Below, one piece after another: positions 51,401 to 59,309 of a stretch of 64,000 nucleotides of DNA; positions within the stretch are counted from its first letter, which is position 1; each line of letters begins with the position of its first letter. The stretch spans positions 1,178,001 through 1,242,000 of the forward strand of contig NW_027117339.1 of the NCBI RefSeq assembly GCF_038025025.1, read 5' to 3'. This DNA comes from Phyllosticta citribraziliensis (lineage: Eukaryota). Under the pieces are notes generated by a model. The model had not been told where the DNA came from, did not search any database, and worked only from the letters and a program-made list of their open reading frames with translations. The position numbers were made by a program, and so were the translations under genes.

Positions 51401-52851
51401 CATCGACCACAGCTGGAGCCTTTGGGTTGATTCAGGAGGAAGTCTACCAGGAACCGTGGCGTCTCTTTGTAGCAGTCATGCTGCTCAATGTGACCAACGG
51501 CGAAAAGGCGATTCCAAAGTTTTGGGAGCTCATGGAGAAGTATCCGACGATTAACGATCTTCCCCATGCAAACTTGGATGAGCTCACGCTCCTGATCAAG
51601 CCGCTCGGCCTTCAGGCTCGACGGGCTGAGACGATGATCAACCTGGCCAGGTTCTTGATTACGAACCCTCCCACAGTGGGTCAACGCTTCCGGCGAATGA
51701 ACTACCCGTTCAGAGGTGCCCACCGAGACATCCGGCCGGGTGAGGTGCTGTCCGACGATGACCCGCGAGTTGGCGCATATGAGGTCTCCCACCTGCCAGG
51801 TGTAGGCCCCTACGCGATTGACAGTTGGCGCATCTTTTGTCGCGACCAGCTTCGCGGGAAAGCGACCGGATTCAACGGCGAGGATGCGGAGCCTGGCTTC
51901 GAGCCCGAGTGGAAGCGCGTCCGTCCGAACGACAAGGAGCTCAAGGGCTTTATTCAGTGGATGTGGCTGCGCGAGGGCTGGATATGGGACCCGGAGACTG
52001 GCGAGAAGAAGAGGACAAGTGAGGACGAGGCGCTGGCAGCAAGCTTGGCGAGGTTGAGGTGGGATCAGAAGAAAGGAGAGGCGTACATACTCCCAAGTGA
52101 CGACGAGGAGGACCAGGCGCCAAATGGCTCGTTGTCCCGGGAGGAAGGCAATGACCCTGAAGGACCTGCGAACGAAAACGCGCAAGCATCTCAAGCAGAC
52201 TCGGCGCCCCCGAGTCACGTCTCCTCCCCAGCAGACAATCCGTCCTCCCAGCTGGAGCGAGAACAACGCAACCGCGACGCACAATCGCAGCTTGCACAGG
52301 CCCAGCTCCTCCACGAAGAACAACAGCAGCGTCTCACCAAGTCGCAACCTCGTCCTTCGACCGCCTCCCACGTACAACGCACACCCAAGGCTAAAAATCC
52401 TAATGGCACGCTGTTAACGGCGCCCGCCACCTTGCCCACTCGCCTCCGCCGGACTACCACGACGGCAACGACGAGCACCTCGTCGTCGCCCGTCTCCGCC
52501 CATCGACCCAAGCCGACGCCGCTCGACCTCTTCTCCGACGACAATGACGATTCGGCGTCGAACCTCGGCCTCCGCAGCCTCTTCAGGACACCCCGTCGCC
52601 GTCGCGGCAGCAGCGCTAAGTGGGCTGCCGCTGGCGTCGTTGACGAAACACCCCCTGTTTCTCCGCGCCGCGAAGGGCAGCAGCAGGACAGGACTGGCGA
52701 CGAAGCGGCACACGACAACGACGGCGAGCAGGACATGGACCACTTCAGCGTCATTGGGGACGACAACGACCAAGATCACGGCCCGCAGGAGACGGTCAAG
52801 GTGAACGGGAATGGGATGAACGGACACAGAGAGGCAAGTATCGAGCTCTGA
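45433..52851 (+). CDS. 2472-aa protein: N-terminal AT-hook, long K/S/E-rich disordered region, C-terminal MBD4-like HhH-GPD DNA glycosylase domain
   Basis: AT-hook-like GRPGRPKGSKNK at the start. The segment FGLIQEEVYQEPWRLFVAVMLLNVT...LIKPLGLQARRA...LPGVGPYAIDSWRIFC...RPNDKEL matches the MBD4 glycosylase pattern, including the HhH motif and a putative catalytic Asp. The ORF is uninterrupted. Confidence 0.88.
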   Translation: MAGTGRPGRPKGSKNKPRVTSTSAPNADNPSASSSLDTGRPASSTQPSNTPPVRAQSSLPPSVMASLERPSVTNYARNHPIFSGSEKISEKKYIKEVKAFASAKNINEDFVNSCVAEAKRLLEERNTDGAASAKDMGGTAARPDDDHGPEKKRKKHKTNDSSEQVEATSIIKQEEPEEPVKEKKKKHKKKDEPSVPVSTQDIAVKQEPEDPAAEHDKPKKNKKKHKSSESAALALEESAAQAEDADSKKPKKHKKGKTPDGTGESASAANPVFIKSEEPSTESKSSKKKHKSRPEAKSADAPERRPTETPIPLPTSRKSEKQKDPEEQVSKSKPSKKRKRDQSDNGGSRPDPDEAEASDVGHVSKKKKKHGKSGQESDSRTTEGNKEKKDKKKKHKAHQASRSPSPPPRKKTKRVQHDGETTHVASEAPRSSHKSHEHADKGKEKKVKKTKEPDTSEVSRPGASKSAASNRDMASEGSGDERPIQTEDNSRTSKKKAKKERRKSKLSKSLETQPAQPSDAMDVESPSKKLGADHEAKSEKHSMKARRKSIAAQEALAALPFAGAQDSPAKPSKSGPRQHDSKSAKSLPPPAPSKRKRSPSPPSDHEIRPRDARKSSLASTTSVFSLPTLTRFANDSLVFPEPPEGLSNNAKKRWRKKLRKSMQRLPKEARPVTGSEVDASAPQKTHAGAKAARSDDESDSGKKPDRKKAKVEHDSDDRQHENDAASKVPAVLKKQQASTSQDATVHRPAPQRPQVTATGSFAHEEPLSPVSSPERPASAHEQMQDSTSGEVTAAEPITRKPPVNSAGRLAHDGPLPAVPSSEKPVTARETPAPPAASESPLKSDAQGWDAFPAQYLSDSDQEARDDSDVEPDTPIKAAEPLQPQQTGNEDANTESSKDSESESESESDSESEAEGPFKPKPLPLHLPKTPSQISTPSKRPLPEPPSLQAQPLFTLSQLKASTPSLAANTRAAVPPKPKTPPKANRNVDILGIPHGTDDSDEESSGSSSSSSSDDDDGDLKTNVKANTTKPTSLHFPSSRPGRSFAKPKTPLQGNSMPAIRKPSAAPEMSTAQVQQPLADSDAGSGDGDSSDSASSDDDNNDDQEVAVNGKKTTPPQAQRSQETKLNRPEKSPSKWDESRNDNSGIGLQPQESDDETSSESESDGEENGTRALTNRNSVSHQSQSSQSIKLESPQSSSPAPRSPQRVSTMPYSQPDEPTKDKAQVEKHSHQSESEDEGDEHVKINEQAERGGQDNPRSSSSSDAEDSAPFESALQTPAQHPSPAPRQQQLNDSASDDSRSPPANDIINGIALSSSKKASSVDHDGLQREQFPADSEANEPRVNHAPAIDEGMEAETLPDADGESLKSAEKSNHNHGSLGNFGEPDSPSVDSSTNSPFAPIKQSHSSPAAASTENDEPNMGQVNSNAEFEDTSIPSGPPPVESEGAAVSTSPSRPLRGRSRRLLAKQQADALAKQQADALAESKRFVSPESPSSPLRNEAGQFFTNQENSPAGSHGVVNPKSPPSLHNESGQFRARQRSASSAEGEGLVESKPPPRPLRNEAGRFCKRDGSTEQNRKPRTKTPRRKSAAQSMLRELGIDPETIKAEELDERSPIMTRGPQRSPAEESRVSPISTRQSRLRATPRVSYQDGYDSSESVTKTTARRLSFTSNKTRSHSRRPSSSQRSRPSLTPKPDGNLPPKVKTPFKTRSEFVGVFIPIRRPSKSVTSLDPRDGKSAKQQDEDVVASTADADQANNEDLAREPATPPSPSEGARDEHSAADDKSAHEEVAPQDHDTAEDEQDRDKGYESSPSVYQSPERPVFTASLPARSAPKVVSADNESTSEHEGSDHDGDVDDSESEATHPDSIQSDFSRQGSPVHEKQDSGIDENEKDLFSSPEAEIESHAQDQDEHQEVFQENGQDESQESSDEDKVSEAPSRGSDYSFDDEPNGFVNEDGTISGQATPRRSTGRFSTHFSPVKPARPAPGTARLKFPSTTAGAFGLIQEEVYQEPWRLFVAVMLLNVTNGEKAIPKFWELMEKYPTINDLPHANLDELTLLIKPLGLQARRAETMINLARFLITNPPTVGQRFRRMNYPFRGAHRDIRPGEVLSDDDPRVGAYEVSHLPGVGPYAIDSWRIFCRDQLRGKATGFNGEDAEPGFEPEWKRVRPNDKELKGFIQWMWLREGWIWDPETGEKKRTSEDEALAASLARLRWDQKKGEAYILPSDDEEDQAPNGSLSREEGNDPEGPANENAQASQADSAPPSHVSSPADNPSSQLEREQRNRDAQSQLAQAQLLHEEQQQRLTKSQPRPSTASHVQRTPKAKNPNGTLLTAPATLPTRLRRTTTTATTSTSSSPVSAHRPKPTPLDLFSDDNDDSASNLGLRSLFRTPRRRRGSSAKWAAAGVVDETPPVSPRREGQQQDRTGDEAAHDNDGEQDMDHFSVIGDDNDQDHGPQETVKVNGNGMNGHREASIEL

Positions 52852-53854
52852 AGGGTGTTGTCTTGCTCTTGTATGTTTTTGCTTTCAACGAGGTACTTCG
52901 ACGAACGACTTTTCTGATTCTTTTCTTCTTTGTAGGTAGGAGATGATTACGGTAACGGCGAGAATGAGGAAGAGCGTCTTGCTCCTGTTGGCTTGGATGA
53001 GGACAATGCAGACGCGGGCCATGTCGAGGGACACGAGGAGCAAGAGAGGCGATCTCCGCCCGGCGTCGTCAACGAGCCGATTCCTGGCGATGGGAGCCAG
53101 GAGAGCAACAAGTCTTGTCGCGTCATGTGATGCGGTGGTGGTGGTGGTGGTGATGGTGGTGTACATACAGGCATACAAGGACATGGGGAGGTACGGAGGC
53201 TCTTTGATTAACCTTCATTGCATCATGGCAAGGCGTATTGGTCAGGACAAGGGAGCACTTGGTCGGCGGCACGGTATTCAAAAGCCGGTTGATTGATTTA
53301 ATTCATTCCATTGCTCCATCACTTGTTCAGCTTGCTTGCATGACGTGCCGCATCTCGACAGCGGGAAAATCGACGTGATGGAACGACCACGGCCGGACGG
53401 TGTGGCTTGAGTCCTACCTTGCTGATTTAATGGCCATGCTGGGCCATGTTGGCTTTCTGAATGCTTCCCTTTCTCATGAACGAGACCCTACACGTACAGC
53501 GCTTATTGCACTTCGGGACTCCTTTTTGGTTTAGGTAACACTCGGGAAATAAAATTAGCTTGTGGGTGAGCTTAGTAAGAGAAGGGAGTTGCTGGCTGGT
53601 CAGCTAGCTGAAGTCGTGATTCTTGATGAGGGGAGCAATTGTGAGACGACTACTTCCCCGCCTTTGTTGTGTTTACATGGCTCTCGGCTTCGAGCCTGGC
53701 TCGCGGGATGAGAGTGGAAAAGTGGAGAACCAATCGCACCACCGACGGGCAGCCAAAAGGTTGTTGAAGATCGTGGACCGTGCTTGCTTTGTTTCTACGA
53801 CACCCCTCGATCAGGTCGCACTTCACTGTTCCACAACTCATGAGGTTTTACAAA

Positions 53855-53860
53855 ATATAA
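53855..53860 (+). promoter_or_regulatory. TATA-like element at about -29 of the 5S rRNA gene
   Basis: ATATAA lies 25-30 nt upstream of the 5S start, the position known for dispersed Neurospora 5S genes. Confidence 0.6.
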
Positions 53861-53884
53861 TCTGTGTTGTCGACGTATTTCTTC

Positions 53885-54003
53885 ACGTACGACCATAGCA
53901 GGTAGAAAACTCGGAACCCCGTCCGCTCTTCCATAGATAAGCTACCTTGCGGCCGATTAGTAGTTGCGTGGGTGACCAGCAGCGAATCCCGGCTGTTGTA
54001 CGT
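53885..54003 (+). rRNA. 5S ribosomal RNA gene (dispersed copy)
   Basis: 119 nt reading ACGTACGACCATAG...CCCGTCCGCTC...TTAGTAGTTGCGTGGGTGACCAGCAGCGAATCCCGGCTGTTGTACGT, matching the fungal 5S pattern. The termini pair (ACGTAC/GTACGT). Confidence 0.96.
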
Positions 54004-54023
54004 TTTGTCTTTTTTCTCTTTTT
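54003..54023 (+). terminator. RNA polymerase III oligo-T terminator
   Basis: TTTT followed by further T runs immediately after the 5S gene. Confidence 0.8.
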
Positions 54024-54354
54024 GCTCGGTGGTGTGGTGATAGAGAAGAGAATGTGCATGGGTGTGGATGGAAATTGACTAACGGTTGGGCGATGTAGGT
54101 TTGCGCTGAGGTCAAGGTGTTAGCATCATCTTGCTCTTTTGTGCGAAGAACGAGTGGTGCAAGGGAATTCGACAGCAGAAGACTGGAAAGACTGGATGAG
54201 TGACAAAAGGATGAGTGCTGCATTGTGCTACTGGGTATCTTGTAAATCAATGAATGAGAAGAAAAGAATCCATGCCGCAGTTCTTCTGCATGCCGTTTGA
54301 TTCCATGCACCTGTTACCCGTTTTCCCTCGCCCATCAATAATCAAGTACGCAGT

Positions 54355-54396
54355 CTTTTCCTTTTCCTTTTCCTTTTCCTTTTCCTTTTCCTTTTC
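54355..54396. repeat. (CTTTTC)7 microsatellite downstream of THOC5
   Basis: Seen directly. Confidence 0.95.
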
Positions 54397-54562
54397 CTGC
54401 CCGACTCCGTGTGTCTGCACGACTCCTTGTGTCCGTATGACTCCGTTTGTCTCTATTGAAAGCAGCCTTTTCGCTCCGCTTGTAGTAACGCCATTTGCGC
54501 TTGTCCGATTTTGGTTTGTTGTCACCCGCCGGTTTCGAGGGGGGAGATGGGTTTTGAGACTC

Positions 54563-55302
54563 CTAGTACTCCTTTTGGAACGTCTGCTCGATCGGTTTGG
54601 CGGCCTGCGTAGGACATGGGTCAGCGGAAATTCCGTTACCGGGTTTTTGTCCCAACTCACCTCGATGAACCTCTCCAAGCTGCCATCCAAGCGCGCCAAG
54701 TCTTCTCTCCTCTTGTTGTTCTCCGCAACCAGCTCCTGCTTCCTCCTCAGTAGACCCTGCCTCTTCTCCTCGAGCTCCATCCGCACCGCCAGCTCATGGC
54801 CGATCCGCGCTTCCATGACGACCTCCTCCCTGGCCACCAAATCACCACTATCCTCGAGGTCTCGCGCTCGCGCCGCGACCTCCGCGTGGGCCTCCATGGC
54901 CAGAAATTCGTCCTCGGGAATGAGCGGCAGGGCCAGGTACGGGTGCGGGTAGGCCTCGCAGGCGGCGATCTCGCTGCGCAGGTGGCGCTGCTCGTAGACC
55001 AGGTTCTGCAGCTGCAGGTGCAGCGTGTCGATTGTGGAGCGGGCGGCGGCCGTGGCGGCCTTTTCGCTGCGCGTGCTGTGCAGCGCCTTGCGGTTCAGGT
55101 GGCGCACGTGGGCCAGGTGCGCGTGCAGCTCCTTTTGCGCCGTCGACAGCGTCTGCGCGTCCGCCGGCGGCAGGTCGCTGGCCCGCGTGTCGGCGTGCGA
55201 GGAGAGGAGCGCGAGGATGGATTCGGCGGTTGTGCGCGCGGCGTCGGCGGCTTGGAGCACGGATTGCAGGTCTGTGCTGGTGATGATGTCGGATGACTCC
55301 AT
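54563..55302 (-). CDS. THOC5: THO complex subunit 5 / Fms-interacting protein family; exons 55302-54661, 54604-54563
   Basis: IDTLHLQLQNLVYEQRHLRSEIAACEAYPHPY..LPLIPEDEF is the FmiP/Thoc5 signature. The intron at 54660-54605 gives the C-terminus FIEAAKPIEQTFQKEY*. Confidence 0.88.
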
Positions 55303-55708
55303 GATGGGCGTCTTGAGCGTGATGGTCTTGTTTCTATTGATGCTTGGTGTTGGGCGTCCGAGTGTTTGAGGTGAGGTCGAGGCGGTGGGAAAGGCGGCCG
55401 CTGCGGCTGCGGGCCCTGCGGCTGATTGGCTGCATGGTGCGTGCATGGCTGGTTGCAATGTGCTGATGGCCGTGGAATGTTGGGTAGACGAAAAGGGTTG
55501 ATTCATGGTGTTGGAAGGTCAAGCATGGAGATGGAGGGTGGGATCTTTGTTGTTTGCGTTGGTTTGTGTCTGCTGGTGGGCGTTTGCAGGGCAGATGTCT
55601 GCCTCAATTCGTGGTCAAGCCTGCGAGGGTTGGTGGCAGAAGCGAGCCACACACACAGTTTGGGCTTGAATGATGTGGCATTGGCTCTTGCGAATACTTG
55701 AATACCTA

Positions 55709-55779
55709 GTGATGAATGCTCCGTCTGGTCGTATACTTTCACGACCGACGGAGCCCTGTGACAGAATTGACCAGACTGA
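55709..55779 (+). ncRNA. Candidate box C/D-like structured ncRNA
   Basis: GTGATGA (55709) and CTGA (55776) flank a 14-bp bulged hairpin. A CTAAC..AG signal follows. No target was identified. Confidence 0.3.
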
Positions 55780-56859
55780 TTTGATGTTTCTAACAAAGAC
55801 AGGTCACGACAGGTCTTGGAGCCAAGGCAGACGAGTGTTGATCAAAGCTATGATGGTCAAACACTGTTGAGTGATTTAGGTGCCATGGTCTCACAGCTCA
55901 TCAAACTCGGAGTTGCGGCAGAAATGGTAATGCGACTCGATCCTCCATGTTGCTAGGCGAGAGGCCGCGGAACAGTGTGTGGAAAGGAGAGGACGCGGCA
56001 TGGAGCGAGAGAAAGCCGTGCTCGGACGGAAGACAAGGGGCAATATATTGGAGCTCGGTTCGAGCGGTAGCAGGGCAGCAGCAATAGGAGAGCTTGGCAC
56101 AGTACAGTGCGTGTTTCTGCTCGGATGGGCGGTTCGGAGCGAGGAATTGGTTGTGTCAAGCAGCGGGCTGATGGCCGAGCCGGGACACGCATGCAGGCGA
56201 TAAGGAAGCGAAGCGAAGCGAAGCGATGGGGCAGGAGATGGCGGATGGAGAGCTTGGCTGGACGAGGACAAGGCGGGTGGCAAAAGGCGTGTGAAGGCGG
56301 AGGATGCGGAGCGGAGAGGCGCGGTGCTGGTTGGTTGTTTGGTCTGCCGTGGTGTTTGGCTCTCTCTCTCTCTCTCACATGCACTCACTTAGTCTTCCTT
56401 GGGTCCCCCCACCCCACCCGCCGCGCCCGCCGCCCGTCGCACCCGCCGCAGCACCACCGCGTCCACCCAGCACCCTGCGTCTCTACCCGTGCTGCCATCT
56501 TCTCAGACCCTCTTCACTCTCTTTCTCTCTTCTCTCCCACCACCCGTCACTCCCTCTCCGTCCACGTGTGTACATACTAGCCTCTCTTTGTCCCCCTCCC
56601 CTCCCCTCCTGCACTACACATTCCTCTCTTCTCTCTTCTCTCCGCTAGCGCCCACTTCTCCGTTCCTCGCCTCCTGGTCCTTTCGCACAAATCTTTTAGT
56701 GCTCCGCCGTCTTCGGAGCATCGACATCTCAAACGACCGGGGTTGGGAGCTGACGTATAATTTTACCACGCCCTCGCGCCCCACTGCCGTGCCCAATCCC
56801 CACGCCTTTCGCTTCTCTTGCTCCCCCATTTGCGCCTGGGCGCTTCTCTTCCGTCCACC

Positions 56860-58408
56860 ATGGCTTGCACTGGTACCGCCGTCATGACCGAATCCTACGA
56901 GGAGCCCGTCTTCAGCACCACCTCGTCCATATCAACCAGGAAAGACGAGCTTCGCCGCCGCCGCCACTCCTCCTACCATGTTCGCACATGGTCCATGGAG
57001 GACAATGTGCAAGCTCTGGTGAGCCCCGCCACGTCCAATCGTTTTCCATTCCGCAGACTAACCACTCGAAAAGTTGGACCGTTTTCTGTCTGAGCTAGGC
57101 TGCCGACTAGACTTTATCGAGTCCTATGGACAACTCAAGATAGACGCCGGAATAGAATCTGCCTATTCGACACTCCGCGCCGTTCGCGACTCGTGTTCGA
57201 ACGTCCGCGACGACGTCCTAGATGCTGGCAAGCGCCGCGCCAACATCCTCGTATCCACCCTCGAAGGCACGTACAACGATGCTCTGGCACGAAAAGAGAC
57301 CATGGAGCAAAAGGTACAGGAGGGTGTGCGCCTTCTCGAATCAACCCTCGTCGAGTTCGAAGCTCGAGCATACGCGATGCGGGATGCCGGTATCGGGGCC
57401 GTCGCTCATCAAGTTTACGACTCATCAAGAAGGCGCATGGACGATGCAAAAGGGAGGGCAATGGAGGTGGTAGGCGAAGGCATGGAGGCAGCGCGCCGCG
57501 CCAAAGCGCACATGAAAGAGAGTGTGGAGCAAACAGTCGTGCGAGCCCTCGCAAGAGCAAAAGAACACGGCCTCATCAAGTACGAAGACCTGCCGGATCC
57601 CTGGCGCGTCAACCCGCACATTCTGCGCGGATACCGATTCCACGAGGGCAAACTCGACTGCGTGCGCTCCGTCTTTACCATGTCCAACGAATTCTTCAAC
57701 ATTTGGTCGCACGCCATTGGCCTGTTGATCGTCCTTTCCATTGCCTTTTACTTTTATCCGACCTCGGTGCACTTTCACATGAGCACAAAGTCCGACATTG
57801 CCATTGCCGCCGTCTTCTTCTTCGCCGCCTGCAAATGCCTGGTTTGCAGTACCATGTGGCACACCATGTCGAGCATCAGCGAGCAAAAAATCATGGAACG
57901 CTTTGCCTGTGTCGACTACACCGGCATCTCGCTCCTCGTCGCCGCGTCCATCATGACCACCGAGTATACGGCCTTCTACTGCGAGCCTGTCTCCCGCTGG
58001 ACCTATCTTCTCACCACTTGCGCCTTGGGCATTGGTGGCGTCATCCTTCCTTGGCACCCTACTTTCAACCGCGCCGACATGGCCTGGGCACGCGTTTTGT
58101 TTTACGTCTCCCTCTCCGCCACAGGCCTGCTGCCTTTTATTCAGCTCATCCACACCCGGGGGCTGTTCTGGGCAGCATACTTTTACGCTCCCATTACCAA
58201 GAGCCTGCTCGTCTATCTGACTGGCGCTGTGCTGTACGCGGCCAAGATCCCCGAGCGCTGGTTCCCGGGCGTTTTTGATTACGTGGGCGGCAGCCACAAC
58301 ATCTGGCATGTGGCGGTGTTGGGCGGCATCTTGTTTCACTACAATGCCATGCAGTCTTTTTTTACGCAGGCGTTTTTGCGGGCCCAGACGCATTGCTCGG
58401 TCATGTAG
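56860..58408 (+). CDS. PAQR / haemolysin-III / adiponectin-receptor family protein (IZH-like); intron 57019-57073
   Basis: LPDPWRVNPHILRGYRF, NEFFNIWSH, STMWH, DYTGIS, IPERWFPGVFDYVGGSHNIWH; multiple TM helices. Confidence 0.95.
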
Positions 58409-59309
58409 AGGCGTTGGCTTAGACAGTCGTTTGATGTTTTGCTGCATTTCCTATCCTGACTTTTTCGACATTTAGGGTCCCCGGAACCATTCTTTCATTT
58501 CCTTGTCCAAGTGTGGGTACGCTGAGCAAGCGCCTTGAACTAGAGCGGTGGAGCATGGGCGGCGCTCGTCTCTCGTTGCTCTGATTTCTACGTTCAGCAT
58601 CATTGATGGACTTGATGTGGTCCGGTGAATATCGGCATAGCGTGGTACGGTAATTAGTCGGTAAAGACGGACTGGATATTGGCCATAGATCAATCGCTAG
58701 ATATGAGTCTCGCCGCTATATTTCAGATGGTGGAGTGATGTACTGGGAGCATTGAGAATGATGAGGATCCAGTCTAGGAGTAGATATTCCAGGTATGTCA
58801 GCTTTCGAACTCTGCATCCCTCCGTCTTTCGCATTGCCTCTGCTTGGATTCTCACCACGCATGTTCTTGATAGCATCTCCTGTCGCAGGAGGTTTAGTGC
58901 TTTTGTCGACTCCTAGCTGAGGCACAGAAGCCAGCCGGAGATCATGTTCATATTCTTCCTGAGGTTATCTGCGGGAAGCCCTTGTAGTCACTTCAAAGTG
59001 AGAGGGCAACATACCGTTGAACAGTCTTCCCCAGTGCGGTTTTGCTTGGAGATGCAAACGAATAGCAGTTGCCTCTCGGGTTTGAACGTGTCGCGAAAGT
59101 CCTGAATAAGGAGTCGGCGCCGTATACGGCGTGCGCCTTCTCGAATGCCCCTATCGCGCCGTCGACTGGCTCGGCGACCCCTCGTGGAAGTCACACATTG
59201 TGAGCAAGGTCAAAACTGTCATCCTGAAATCCATCTGCTTCTATCTTCCGCATCACACATCCGCACACAATCAGCATTCTCTTGATTTCAGCATCTCAAC
59301 AGTATTAAG

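Noticed and set aside
20378..55302. Functional chromosome/meiosis gene cluster (BRN1, MND1, MBD4-like, THOC5)
   Set aside because: The genes are interspersed with unrelated housekeeping genes and no shared regulatory signal was demonstrated.
54247..55506. 419-aa ORF as the full THOC5 protein
   Set aside because: It reads through an intron and the CTTTTC microsatellite (EKEKEK). The spliced model 55302-54563 fits better.
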